Shown one piece after another: positions 26,658 through 36,306 of a DNA stretch of 64,000 nucleotides (position 1 is its first letter; each line of letters starts with the position of its first letter). The position numbers and the translations under genes are program-made. The DNA comes from Paludibacteraceae bacterium (GTDB taxonomy: Bacteria > Bacteroidota > Bacteroidia > Bacteroidales > Paludibacteraceae). The notes under the pieces are model-generated. The model was not told where the DNA came from. It worked only from the letters and a program-made list of their open reading frames with translations, and searched no databases. The stretch spans positions 14,097 through 78,096 of the forward strand of contig JAZKZF010000023.1 in NCBI GenBank assembly GCA_045612525.1. Reading direction: 5' to 3'.

Positions 26658-27896
26658 CTTTTCAGGATACCACATTTGTTCGTACTTGAGGGCTTCCTTC
26701 TTGAGGTAAGCAGGGATGTCCTTGTCGCACTCGTGGCACTTCATATCGAGGGTGTACATACGCGCTACGCAGTAATTAGAGCGTTTGCACTCGGAGTGGT
26801 ATTGCTCCTCGCGCATCTTATTGACGAAGTCGGTGTCGCGTACGAGTGCGTGGCCTATTTGCACGAAGTCGAATCCTGCAGCGAGGGCAGTCTCGGCATT
26901 CTCACGTCCCATGACGCCACCGACATAGATGAGAGGCATCTTGAGCGCTGCGCGGAATTGCTTAGCTGTATCGAGGAAGAAAAGTTCTTTGAAAGGCACC
27001 GTAGGAATCATCAAGTGACCAACGAAGCGCAATGCAAGGCGTAGCCACCAGAAAGACCATGGGTTCATGTAGTGCGCCAGCCTCTTGATAGGCATAGCAC
27101 CACCCATGACGGTGAAAGGTGCCTTGCTGACAAAGCCTGCGGTGAGGACGAGAGCGTGTACGCCATGCTTCTCAATCTCTTGTGCGATGCGGATGCACTC
27201 CTCTACTTTGAGACCAGACTTGAAGCCGTCGTACATATTGGTCTTGACAACGACTGCCATATCGTCGCCTGCGTGCTCCATGACCTCAGCCATGACCTCG
27301 TTCATGAAACGCATGCGGTTCTCGAGCGAACCTCCGTACTCATCGCGACGGCGGTTGGTATATGGCGAGAGGAATTGTGAGATGAGATATCCGTGACCAG
27401 CGTGAATCTCCACGCAGTCGAAGCCACACTCACGGCAGAAATCCACGGCATGACCAAATGCCTTGACGATGTCTTTGATTTCCTCTTTCTTAAGCGCACG
27501 ATGGAGCGTTGGGGAATAGAGGTTGAAGCCGGTGCTGGCGCCTACTGGTAGGCAGTTGCAGGTATAGAAGTGGGTCATGTTGCCACAGTGACCGAGCTGG
27601 ATGCTGGCTTTAGCGCCTTCGGCATGGATACCGTCGGTGAGGCGCTTGAGGTCCTCTTTGATTTCGTCGTGGATATAGAGTTGACCATCGAAAGACACAC
27701 CTGAGCGAGTGACCGAGCAGTATGCTACGGTGGTCATGGCTGCCCCACCCCGTGCAACGGCGGTATGATAGTTGTAGAGATCTTGACTAGGTTTGTTGCC
27801 GTATGCCATATTCTCGAAAGCGGCACTACGTATAGCGCGGTTGCGCAGAGTGATTGGACCGAGTTTGTGCTCGGTGAAAAGGAGGTTATTGTTCAT
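26655..27896 (-). CDS. NADH:flavin oxidoreductase, Old Yellow Enzyme family (candidate 3-oxo-steroid ene-reductase)
   Basis: 413 aa with the OYE TIM-barrel signature HAGHGYLISQFLSPYTNRRRDEYGGSLENR and a C-terminal Cys cluster CKRSNYC...CHEC. Confidence 0.85.
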   Translation of the reverse strand: MNNNLLFTEHKLGPITLRNRAIRSAAFENMAYGNKPSQDLYNYHTAVARGGAAMTTVAYCSVTRSGVSFDGQLYIHDEIKEDLKRLTDGIHAEGAKASIQLGHCGNMTHFYTCNCLPVGASTGFNLYSPTLHRALKKEEIKDIVKAFGHAVDFCRECGFDCVEIHAGHGYLISQFLSPYTNRRRDEYGGSLENRMRFMNEVMAEVMEHAGDDMAVVVKTNMYDGFKSGLKVEECIRIAQEIEKHGVHALVLTAGFVSKAPFTVMGGAMPIKRLAHYMNPWSFWWLRLALRFVGHLMIPTVPFKELFFLDTAKQFRAALKMPLIYVGGVMGRENAETALAAGFDFVQIGHALVRDTDFVNKMREEQYHSECKRSNYCVARMYTLDMKCHECDKDIPAYLKKEALKYEQMWYPEK

Positions 27897-27997
27897 TGTT
27901 CAAAATTGTTCAATGTGGTTCAATGTTGTTCAATGTGGTTCAATGTTGAACGCGAAGCGCTGAACCATACTGAACAGCCTATAGGGCTATTGAACTA
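27897..27997. repeat. five 10-mers GTTCAATGTK / GC hairpin GCGAAGCGC / inverted TGAAC-containing arm
   Basis: Read directly. It fills the entire spacer between the 5-alpha-reductase-like stop and the OYE start. Confidence 0.9.
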
Positions 27998-28786
27998 TTA
28001 GTATATAAACGGAATGATACGTTTTAGTTTCTTTTCGTCGAATTCTTTTGCGAATTCAGTCTTGTAGCGGTGATAGATGGAATTCGCGCGAGGAACGAGG
28101 TTGCAGCAAGAGAACCAGAAGAAGCTCAATCCAGCCCATGACCATGTCAAGATAGCGAAGCCAAGCCACTCGGTGATTTCTCCAAGATAGTTGGCGCTGG
28201 TGACATACTTGTACATACCCTTTTTAGGCAAATAGTGGTTGGTATCCCCAGGTTTGCGTAAGTGGCGAATCACATGGTCGGAATGCATATTGATAACCCA
28301 TCCGCTAATGAAGACAAGCACACCCAAGATGAAGCGCCAATCGGTGAGCCAAGAAGTAGCATAAGGTGCGAACTGAGGGGCTAAATGGAAGAGCCAATAG
28401 CCTTGTATGTATCCATTTACGAGGTTCCAAATCACTGAGAATGCCATGATGATGATAGGCATCTTGCTATTGCCTTTGAGCAGGAATGGGAAGATAAATG
28501 ATCGTTGGAAATAGTGGAATTGGAATATGAGGAAGAAAATCAGATAAGGAAGCTGGAATTTAACTTCAGACATAGCCCAGAGGTAGAACATCACGACAAA
28601 GACAGGCATCTCCATGAGGCACCATCCCACTTTGTTGTTGATAGCAGGTCCCCATTTCTCAGTACGCATTTTGCCATAACCAGCATCTACGAAGTAGAGG
28701 GCAACAAACACAACCAATCCTACAAGAAAGAGGACAAAGAGAAAATTATGAAACGATTCCAAAGCAGTAGATATTTCCATAAGCAT
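27998..28786 (-). CDS. 3-oxo-5-alpha-steroid 4-dehydrogenase (steroid 5-alpha-reductase, SRD5A-like) family membrane protein
   Basis: 262 aa and polytopic. The C-terminal segment HSDHVIRHLRKPGDTNHYLPKKGMYKYVTSANYLGEITEWLGFA is typical of the family. Confidence 0.8.
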   Translation of the reverse strand: MLMEISTALESFHNFLFVLFLVGLVVFVALYFVDAGYGKMRTEKWGPAINNKVGWCLMEMPVFVVMFYLWAMSEVKFQLPYLIFFLIFQFHYFQRSFIFPFLLKGNSKMPIIIMAFSVIWNLVNGYIQGYWLFHLAPQFAPYATSWLTDWRFILGVLVFISGWVINMHSDHVIRHLRKPGDTNHYLPKKGMYKYVTSANYLGEITEWLGFAILTWSWAGLSFFWFSCCNLVPRANSIYHRYKTEFAKEFDEKKLKRIIPFIY

Positions 28787-28793
28787 TATTTTT

Positions 28794-28845
28794 TAGGCGA
28801 CTAGGCTATGAGGCGATAAGGCGATAGACTAGAAGCGAATTAGGG
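28794..28845. repeat. AGGCGA-type short-unit array in the leader of the reductase operon
   Basis: The sequence is TAGGCGACTAGGCTATGAGGCGATAAGGCGATAGACTAGAAGCGAATTAGGG. Confidence 0.6.
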
Positions 28846-28847
28846 CA

Positions 28848-28855
28848 CAAAGTTA
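28848..28855 (-). promoter_or_regulatory. -7 promoter box TAACTTTG for the reductase operon
   Basis: The plus strand reads CAAAGTTA, about 62 nt upstream of the start at 28786. I found no comparable box in the two downstream intercistronic spacers. Confidence 0.55.
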
Positions 28856-28895
28856 CTACTATTTTTTGAGATGACCAAATATTTATTAAAATATG

Positions 28896-29807
28896 TTACA
28901 CTTTTCTTTGTTTTTGACAAATAAACAGTCCAATAATAATAACAATCATCCCTACCCACTTCCATATAGGCAAATGTTCGTCGAAAATGAAGAACATGAG
29001 CAAAGCAGTGAAGACAGGTCTGACATTGTTAAAAACGTTGGCACGCGTGACACCTATTTGTCGTACGGTATAGCAAAATAGAATGAAAGCGGTGACGGAA
29101 GCGAAGACGGCCAAGTAAGCTACCGCAAAGAGCGGTGTGATGTCCGTTGAGAGTGATGGGATGGTGTGCAGCAGGGGTTGTCTATCGAAGATTGCCCATA
29201 CGAGATAGAACAAGAGCAGCGCTACTAGTTGTACGTAGAAGACGATGCTCAAGGAAGAATACTTGGTGGGAATACGTCGCAAGATGATGGTATATCCTAC
29301 AGACATGCTGACGGTAATGATAGCTAGAAGGACTCCCCATGGATTGCCCAGAGCAAAGTCCTTTGCTCCTACTAGCAGAAGGAGAAGCATGCCGAGTGTA
29401 GAAATGATGATGCCAGCGATGTTGTAGCGTGTTACCTTTTCTCGCAAGATGATGAAAGCAAAAATCGGTGCTAAAATAGGCTGTGTGCTAAGCATTGCCT
29501 CAGCGATGGTAGGCGAAGCGAAGGATTGATAGGTATATGTCTCGAAAATAAAATACAGGAAGGGTTGAAACAATCCCCCTAGGATGAAAAGCGGTATATC
29601 CTGCTTGTCGATAGGTTGCAATCGTAGCACTTCGCTATTGCGGCAAAGCAGTCCGATAGTTAGCATCAGCAGAACAGCCAAAGAAAATCGTAAAACAATG
29701 AGGGTCAGTGGAGTGAATACCACCAACGCCTCTTTAACTGCGATGCCAGCTCCCGCCCAGCATAGCATGGCAAAAACCACAGATAGGTATGGGATAAGCT
29801 TTTTCAC
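28896..29807 (-). CDS. DMT superfamily transporter (EamA family)
   Basis: 303 aa with about 10 TM helices in two EamA-like halves. There is a 4-nt overlap with the GH3 gene. Confidence 0.8.
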   Translation of the reverse strand: MKKLIPYLSVVFAMLCWAGAGIAVKEALVVFTPLTLIVLRFSLAVLLMLTIGLLCRNSEVLRLQPIDKQDIPLFILGGLFQPFLYFIFETYTYQSFASPTIAEAMLSTQPILAPIFAFIILREKVTRYNIAGIIISTLGMLLLLLVGAKDFALGNPWGVLLAIITVSMSVGYTIILRRIPTKYSSLSIVFYVQLVALLLFYLVWAIFDRQPLLHTIPSLSTDITPLFAVAYLAVFASVTAFILFCYTVRQIGVTRANVFNNVRPVFTALLMFFIFDEHLPIWKWVGMIVIIIGLFICQKQRKV

Positions 29808-31657
29808 TCTTTCTTAGATCGTTTGGAAGCACGCTCGGTGCGGCGTTGTGCACGGGCTTTCTGACGACCTTTGATGCGTGTATCGATATTGTCCGCCAAC
29901 TCCATAATCATATCAGATAGACGGTCCTGACGCTCGATTTGATCGAACTTGCGACGACGCATATCGTCTTGCATCAAGAGGTTGAATTTGAATTGTCCGT
30001 CACGGAATCCATCTCTCAGACATGCTGCCTTGAAGCGTGAATATGCGTTGCTCAAGAGGATGTGAGCTTGTGGTTCTTTGAGGCGGAAGGAAGCGCGTTT
30101 GGATTCGTATTCATTGTTGATTTCCTGCAACTTACGATCAACGACCTTGGTAAATTCGTCTGCCGTTGGTTGATCAATATCCTCATCAACAAACTCGTAG
30201 TAGAAATGGTATTTCGACTCACGTATATCAGCAAATCCGACGAAGAACTTGGTCTTGATGCCCATCAATTCCTCGGCCTTATGTACTGCGTCGATAAACT
30301 GTGGTTCGTAGAGCTTTTCACCCGTCATCGATACGATGCCATTGACCTTAGAGACCATGTGTACGGTAGGTGAATTGTAGAATCGTCCGCCGACTTCGAC
30401 GAGGTCGTTCATATTGTAGCGGAAGAGACCCGAGTAGGTTGTGACATAGGCGCAATAGCGTTTGCCTTGTTCGAGTTCGTGGATTTGCAAGAAATGCTTG
30501 TGTGGTTTGTCCAGTTCGCTCTCCTCAACAAACTCGTAGTAGTGGAAGTGGGGGAATAGTACGGACTCATTGGTATCATCCAGCGAGAAGCCGAATCGAC
30601 ATTCTGTGGCGATATAGCCGAGTTCTTGGTAGAAAGTTTTGTCCCAATTGAATTGGTCCATGTATTTCTCCATATATATTTTGGTGTTTCCACATTTCCA
30701 TGTAGAGAGCAATTGGAGCCATGGCCAGAAGTGCTTAGGTTCTAATTTGCCGTGCTCCTTGAGTAGCTGGCGCAGCTCTGCAGCTCGCTCTGGCTGAGGA
30801 GACATATAGGCATGTAGTTCCTCACGGATGTATTCGGAAATGTCGAAGTTCCAGCTGAGTGTACCTTTTTCGATATCGTCAATCATCTCTTCGACATTCT
30901 CATTGAGAGTGCGTAGGAGCTCGAGAATTGTAGAAGGATTGGCGGTAGCCCAAAGTGTCACATCACGGTATTGCATGGCGAGTCGCATGAGTGTGTAGTT
31001 GCGTGCCGCATAGTCGTCGATTGACATGACGCAAGCAGGGGCCGTATAATGCTTCTTGATGATTTTTGGGACGTCTCTCACGAGGACTCCACTCACTGAG
31101 CCAAAGATGGTGCCATCAGGTGCATAGCCCTCTAGTTCCTTGCCGACGGTAGTGAAGAGGTGCCCACCAAAGATGCGGCTACGATGGCAAATGAAGTTCC
31201 ATATCCAAATATGGGTCATTTTGCCGTAGACATCTTTAAGATACTTATGTGTCATTGGAATCCACTTAGGTTCGGATGTAGTTCCCGATGTGGTGGCATA
31301 CATGTCTGGTTTGCCAGGGAAGAGGATATCCGTCTCGCCATTCTTGTGGCGCTCGACGTATGGTCTAAGGGGCTCGAAGCTGTCATTGACGGGCACATAC
31401 TGGCGATATAGTCGGAATAGGTCGTCAGCGCTAGTGGCAGATAGAATGCGATCAAAATGATGCTCTTTGCCATAGACGGTGTCGCGTGATATCGTCAAAA
31501 TATCGCGTAGTGTTTGCTCAGCAGCGTGCTTAGGATGACGACTCCAATAATTCAAGCGCAAGCGTTGTAATCCACCCACTAAACATAGCGCCGTATTAAT
31601 CAGCCAAGGATAAGGCAAAGCATTTCCCTGCTGATCCAAATAAGTTTTTTTCTTCAT
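29804..31657 (-). CDS. GH3 family adenylate-forming enzyme (acyl acid amido synthetase-like)
   Basis: The GH3-type motif YATTSGTTSEPKWIP is present and the length is family-like, with a basic C-terminal tail. I trimmed the start to MKKKTYL (31657). Confidence 0.75.
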   Translation of the reverse strand: MKKKTYLDQQGNALPYPWLINTALCLVGGLQRLRLNYWSRHPKHAAEQTLRDILTISRDTVYGKEHHFDRILSATSADDLFRLYRQYVPVNDSFEPLRPYVERHKNGETDILFPGKPDMYATTSGTTSEPKWIPMTHKYLKDVYGKMTHIWIWNFICHRSRIFGGHLFTTVGKELEGYAPDGTIFGSVSGVLVRDVPKIIKKHYTAPACVMSIDDYAARNYTLMRLAMQYRDVTLWATANPSTILELLRTLNENVEEMIDDIEKGTLSWNFDISEYIREELHAYMSPQPERAAELRQLLKEHGKLEPKHFWPWLQLLSTWKCGNTKIYMEKYMDQFNWDKTFYQELGYIATECRFGFSLDDTNESVLFPHFHYYEFVEESELDKPHKHFLQIHELEQGKRYCAYVTTYSGLFRYNMNDLVEVGGRFYNSPTVHMVSKVNGIVSMTGEKLYEPQFIDAVHKAEELMGIKTKFFVGFADIRESKYHFYYEFVDEDIDQPTADEFTKVVDRKLQEINNEYESKRASFRLKEPQAHILLSNAYSRFKAACLRDGFRDGQFKFNLLMQDDMRRRKFDQIERQDRLSDMIMELADNIDTRIKGRQKARAQRRTERASKRSKKE

Positions 31658-31762
31658 AATAGTTGTTGCTCTATGATCGTCCATTTTCCACAACACGCAC
31701 ACTAACAACACATTAGACCATCAAAATATCCTTATCTTGCGCAAAATGCCCAAAATCCGCTG

Positions 31763-31770
31763 CAAAGATA
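31763..31770 (-). promoter_or_regulatory. -7 promoter box TATCTTTG for GH3-EamA
   Basis: The plus strand reads CAAAGATA. Confidence 0.5.
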
Positions 31771-31950
31771 CAATTTATTTTTGATATACGCAAATATCGG
31801 ACGTAAAATGTATGATAAAAGGGAAGAATATTTTAGATTAAGCATGAATTAACCGTGCAGTGAATTTAGGAAAAGACAAGATAAGCATCAAGATACTCTA
31901 CTGTGCAGCAAAAAACAAGAAAAAAATTTGGTAGAATGAAAAAAAAATTG

Positions 31951-31958
31951 TATCTTTG
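31951..31958 (+). promoter_or_regulatory. -7 promoter box TATCTTTG for the aldo/keto reductase gene
   Basis: An exact TAnnTTTG match lies 36 nt upstream of the ATG at 31994. Confidence 0.55.
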
Positions 31959-31993
31959 CAGCGTAATTATAGACCACCCAAAATATTAAGATT

Positions 31994-32944
31994 ATGAATT
32001 ATCGATTTTCTGGCAAAAGCGGTTTGCAACTACCACTGGTATCCCTGGGTTTATGGCATAATTTTGGCAGCGCAGATCCCTCGGATGTAGCTCGTGCAAT
32101 GCTGTTGCACGCATGGGATAATGGCGTAACTCATTTTGATATAGCCAACAATTATGGTCCTGCTCCAGGTACGGCTGAGATGACGTTTGGCAGAGTATTG
32201 CGCGAAGATTTAGCGTCGCATCGTGATGAGATGATTATCTCCTCCAAAGCAGGCTATTTGATGTGGGATGGTCCTTATGGCGATGGTGGTTCGCGCAAGT
32301 ACTTGATTGCGTCGTGCGACCAGAGTTTGAAGCGTACGGGATTGGAGTATTTTGATATATTCTATTCGCATCGTTACGACCCTAACACTCCGATAGAGGA
32401 GACGATGCAAGCACTGGTGGACATTGTGCGGGCCGGCAAGGCGCTGTATGTAGGCATAAGCAATTATCCCGCAGATAAGCAGGAGGAGGCGTATAGGTAT
32501 CTTCAAGCGGCGCATGTACCGTGCGTGATTAGTCAATACAAAGCAAGTATACTTTGCCCCGAGACGTTGCAGGAGAATATGCCTGTGGCCAAGGCTCATG
32601 GTTCGGGCTTTATCTGCTTCTCCCCTTTGGCTCAGGGATTATTGACAGACCGTTATCTGCATGGTATTCCCGCAGGTAGTCGTGCGAGCAAGAATGTGTT
32701 TCTTCGTCCGGAGCACGTGACGGAGGAGGCGGTAGTTCGTGCACAGCGCTTGGGTGCTATCGCAGCCGAACGCGGTCAGACGTTGGCTCAGATGGCCATC
32801 TCATGGTTGTTGGCCCAAGATGTGACGAGCGTGATTGTAGGTGCGAGCAGTGTCAAGCAATTGGATGATAATCTGCAGGCGATTAAAAATATACAGTTCA
32901 CGGAAGAGGAAATGAGGTTGATTGGGCGAGAGGCGAGAGAATAG
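31994..32944 (+). CDS. aldo/keto reductase (YghZ/Tas-like)
   Basis: 316 aa with AKR family motifs (GLW.NFG, DIANNYG, SSKAGY, HRYDP). Confidence 0.88.
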   Translation: MNYRFSGKSGLQLPLVSLGLWHNFGSADPSDVARAMLLHAWDNGVTHFDIANNYGPAPGTAEMTFGRVLREDLASHRDEMIISSKAGYLMWDGPYGDGGSRKYLIASCDQSLKRTGLEYFDIFYSHRYDPNTPIEETMQALVDIVRAGKALYVGISNYPADKQEEAYRYLQAAHVPCVISQYKASILCPETLQENMPVAKAHGSGFICFSPLAQGLLTDRYLHGIPAGSRASKNVFLRPEHVTEEAVVRAQRLGAIAAERGQTLAQMAISWLLAQDVTSVIVGASSVKQLDDNLQAIKNIQFTEEEMRLIGREARE

Positions 32945-32949
32945 AGAGG

Positions 32950-35900
32950 ATGCACATCAACGAATTGCAACAACTGCTGGGCATGCATCCAGAATTGGAT
33001 GTACTGACACAAGAATTAAGTAAGAAGGGGAATAAACACTTCTTGCTGAAGGGTTTGCATGCCTCAGCCAGAGCATTGATATTGCATTCGCTAGCGACTC
33101 GATTGCATGCACAGGGCAAAGGTAGGGTAAGCTGCATCGTGGTAGATAATGCGGATGATGCGCAATACCTATATGCCGATCTACGTACAGTGGGTAGTGA
33201 TAAGGAGGTGTACTACTTCCCAGCCGCTCATCGTCGTCGTCAAGAAAAGGACGAAGCGCTGGCGGTACAGCGAATGGAAGTGCTGAGTGCGCTACTTAGG
33301 AGTAAGGAAGGCGGAAGCCATTTAGATTCAATCATTGTTACTTACCCAGAGGCGTTGGCGGATAGTGTGCCCAATCCGAAGGCATTGGAGGCGAATAAAA
33401 TATCATTGAGTGTAGGCGAAGAAATAGCCATCTCAACGCTGACAAATATGCTGCTGGAGCTGGCATTTAAGCGAGTGGATTTTGTGTACGAGCCTGGTCA
33501 GTTTGCAGTACGTGGTGGTATTGTGGATATCTATAGTTACGCGCATGATATACCGTTTCGAATAGACTTCTTTGGTGATGAAATAGACTCCATTCGCGAA
33601 TTTGAATTAGAGACACAACTCTCTCAAAATAAGGTAGATAGCATAGATATTGTCTCTGCCAACTCCAATAGTGATACAGAAACACTGATTCTTGCGTATT
33701 TGCCAGAGAATACGTTGTGGATAAGCAATGATTTTTCGCTGATTAGGTATAAATACGAAGGTGCGATTAGCAATCAAGATACGACATTATTGACCAAAGC
33801 CATAGAAGAAAGTGCGACCATTGAGATTGGAAATAAATCGACGTTCGTAGCATACGACAGCATCAGTTTTGACACGTTGCCTCAGCCCACCTTCAACAAG
33901 CAATTTGATCTGCTAACGGAAGATTTGAGTGAGCGTTTGAAAGCGGGTTATCGTATTTACATTTTGGCGGATCAAGTGAAGCAAACGGACCGATTGAAGT
34001 CGATTTTTGAAGATATAGCTAGTCATCAAAACAGCACTCCTATCACGTTTACGGCAGTCAATAGCACGTTGCATGAAGGATTTATCGATCATGGTGCAAA
34101 GCTATGTTGCTATACCGACCATCAGATATTTGAGCGCTATCATCGTGTGAGTATGCGTTCGGAGAATGCTCGTCGCGGTAAGGCAATCATGACGTTGAAG
34201 GAGTTGAACCAGTTGCAGGTAGGTGATTATGTGGTGCATGTGGATCATGGTATAGGTCAGTTTGCTGGTTTGGTGACGACACATTTTAATGGTCGTTCTC
34301 AAGAAACGATCAAACTGGTATATCGTAATAATGACACGATTTTTGTTAGTATCCACAACCTGCATCGTATATCAAAGTACAAAGGTAAAGACGGTAGTAC
34401 TCCTACGATATCTCGTCTAGGTTCTGGCGCCTGGGAGCGGATGAAAGAGCGCACGAAAGACAAAGTAAAGGAGATAGCGCGAGATTTGATACAACTATAT
34501 GCCACACGTAAGCAGCAAGCAGGTTTTGCCTATTCTCCTGACGGCTATATGCAGCATGAGTTGGAGGCCTCCTTCCTCTACGAAGATACTCCGGATCAAG
34601 CTAAAGCGACGTTGGATATCAAGCATGATATGGAGAGCAGGATGCCGATGGACCGTTTGGTGTGTGGTGATGTAGGTTTTGGAAAGACAGAGGTGGCCAT
34701 GCGAGCCGCCTTCAAAGCCGCCACAGATGGTAAGCAGGTGGCGGTATTGGTACCGACGACGGTATTGGCCTTGCAGCACTTTAACACATTCAGAGAGCGT
34801 TTTCGTGATTTCCCTGTTCGTGTGGAGTATATCAGTAGGGGTAAGACTGCGAAAGAAGTGAAGGAGCTGTTGCAGGAGTTGAAGGAAGGAAAAATAGATA
34901 TCCTGATAGGAACGCATAAGTTGGTAGGGAAGCAAGTGGTATGGAAGGATTTGGGTTTGCTGATTATCGACGAGGAGCAGAAGTTTGGTGTAGCTGTGAA
35001 GGAGAAGTTGAAGGCGCTTCGCACGAATGTGGATGTGCTGACGTTGACGGCAACGCCCATCCCACGCACGCTACAGTTCTCGCTGTTGGGAGCTCGCGAT
35101 TTGAGTGTGATTACTACTCCCCCACCCAATCGTTATCCAGTTCAAACAGAGCTGATTACGTTGGATGACGAGGATATCATGAAAGAGGCGATAGCATTGG
35201 AGATGGAGCGTAATGGACAAATTTACGTGGTCTGCAATCGGATTGAGATGTTGCCTCGTATAGAGCAGCGTATTCATCGTTTGTGTCCTGAAGCTCGCAC
35301 GATCATTGCTCATGGTCAGATGCCTCAAGGAGAGATGGAGAAGGCGTTGGAGGATTTTATTAATTACGATTACGACATACTGATATCAACAACGATCATC
35401 GAGTCGGGCGTGGATATATCGAATGTGAATACGATTATTATCCACTCGGCGCAGCATTATGGTTTGTCAGATTTGCATCAATTGCGTGGTCGTGTGGGCA
35501 GGTCGAACCGCAAAGCATATTGCTATCTGATCACGCCTGATAGGGAATTGCTGACGTCGGACGCTCGTCGCAGGTTGGATGCGCTGACGACCTTTGCGGA
35601 GTTGGGTGCCGGCTTTCAGTTGGCGATGCAAGATTTGGATATACGTGGAGCGGGCAACATGTTGGGTTCGGAGCAAAGTGGATTTATAGCTGATTTGGGA
35701 TACGATACCTATCAACGCATCCTGAACGAGGCGATGCAAGAGCTGAAGGATGAGTTGTCGTTGGATTTATCGTTTGGCATCGAGCAGACTATCGGTCATA
35801 GTGATGAAAAATTATGGTGCAATGATAGTCAGTTGGAAAGTGACTTATCGTTGGGATTTCCAAGCACATACATTGAAAACATATCCGAGCGCATCAGCTT

Positions 35901-36306
35901 GTACCGCGAATTAGACAGTCTGCCGAACGAAGATGCTCTTCTGGAATACCAGAAGCGTTTGATTGATCGTTTTGGTCCATTACCTGATGAGGCAGAGCAA
36001 CTGCTGGATGTGGTGCGATTGCGATGGCTATGCTGCAAGATGGGCATTGAGAAAGTGATTCTGAAGCAGGAGCGCTTGAGTTTGTATTTTACGACGAAGA
36101 GTGAGAAATACTGGCAGTCAGATACTTTTGGGAAGATTATAGAGTATATTTACTCTCGTGCTCAGCGTTGCCGTATGGTGGAGGACAAAGATCGTCAAGG
36201 TAAGCCGACAGGCAAGCGTTATGCGGTAGTTCAACAAGTGAAAACGATAGGTGGTGTGTTAACGTTATTGAACAAAATCAACGAAACCAAGAAAGAGGAC
36301 AAATGA
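32950..36306 (+). CDS. mfd: transcription-repair coupling factor
   Basis: 1118 aa with a CarD-like domain, helicase motifs GDVGFGKTEVA and DEEQKFG, and a C-terminal TRCF domain. Confidence 0.95.
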   Translation: MHINELQQLLGMHPELDVLTQELSKKGNKHFLLKGLHASARALILHSLATRLHAQGKGRVSCIVVDNADDAQYLYADLRTVGSDKEVYYFPAAHRRRQEKDEALAVQRMEVLSALLRSKEGGSHLDSIIVTYPEALADSVPNPKALEANKISLSVGEEIAISTLTNMLLELAFKRVDFVYEPGQFAVRGGIVDIYSYAHDIPFRIDFFGDEIDSIREFELETQLSQNKVDSIDIVSANSNSDTETLILAYLPENTLWISNDFSLIRYKYEGAISNQDTTLLTKAIEESATIEIGNKSTFVAYDSISFDTLPQPTFNKQFDLLTEDLSERLKAGYRIYILADQVKQTDRLKSIFEDIASHQNSTPITFTAVNSTLHEGFIDHGAKLCCYTDHQIFERYHRVSMRSENARRGKAIMTLKELNQLQVGDYVVHVDHGIGQFAGLVTTHFNGRSQETIKLVYRNNDTIFVSIHNLHRISKYKGKDGSTPTISRLGSGAWERMKERTKDKVKEIARDLIQLYATRKQQAGFAYSPDGYMQHELEASFLYEDTPDQAKATLDIKHDMESRMPMDRLVCGDVGFGKTEVAMRAAFKAATDGKQVAVLVPTTVLALQHFNTFRERFRDFPVRVEYISRGKTAKEVKELLQELKEGKIDILIGTHKLVGKQVVWKDLGLLIIDEEQKFGVAVKEKLKALRTNVDVLTLTATPIPRTLQFSLLGARDLSVITTPPPNRYPVQTELITLDDEDIMKEAIALEMERNGQIYVVCNRIEMLPRIEQRIHRLCPEARTIIAHGQMPQGEMEKALEDFINYDYDILISTTIIESGVDISNVNTIIIHSAQHYGLSDLHQLRGRVGRSNRKAYCYLITPDRELLTSDARRRLDALTTFAELGAGFQLAMQDLDIRGAGNMLGSEQSGFIADLGYDTYQRILNEAMQELKDELSLDLSFGIEQTIGHSDEKLWCNDSQLESDLSLGFPSTYIENISERISLYRELDSLPNEDALLEYQKRLIDRFGPLPDEAEQLLDVVRLRWLCCKMGIEKVILKQERLSLYFTTKSEKYWQSDTFGKIIEYIYSRAQRCRMVEDKDRQGKPTGKRYAVVQQVKTIGGVLTLLNKINETKKEDK

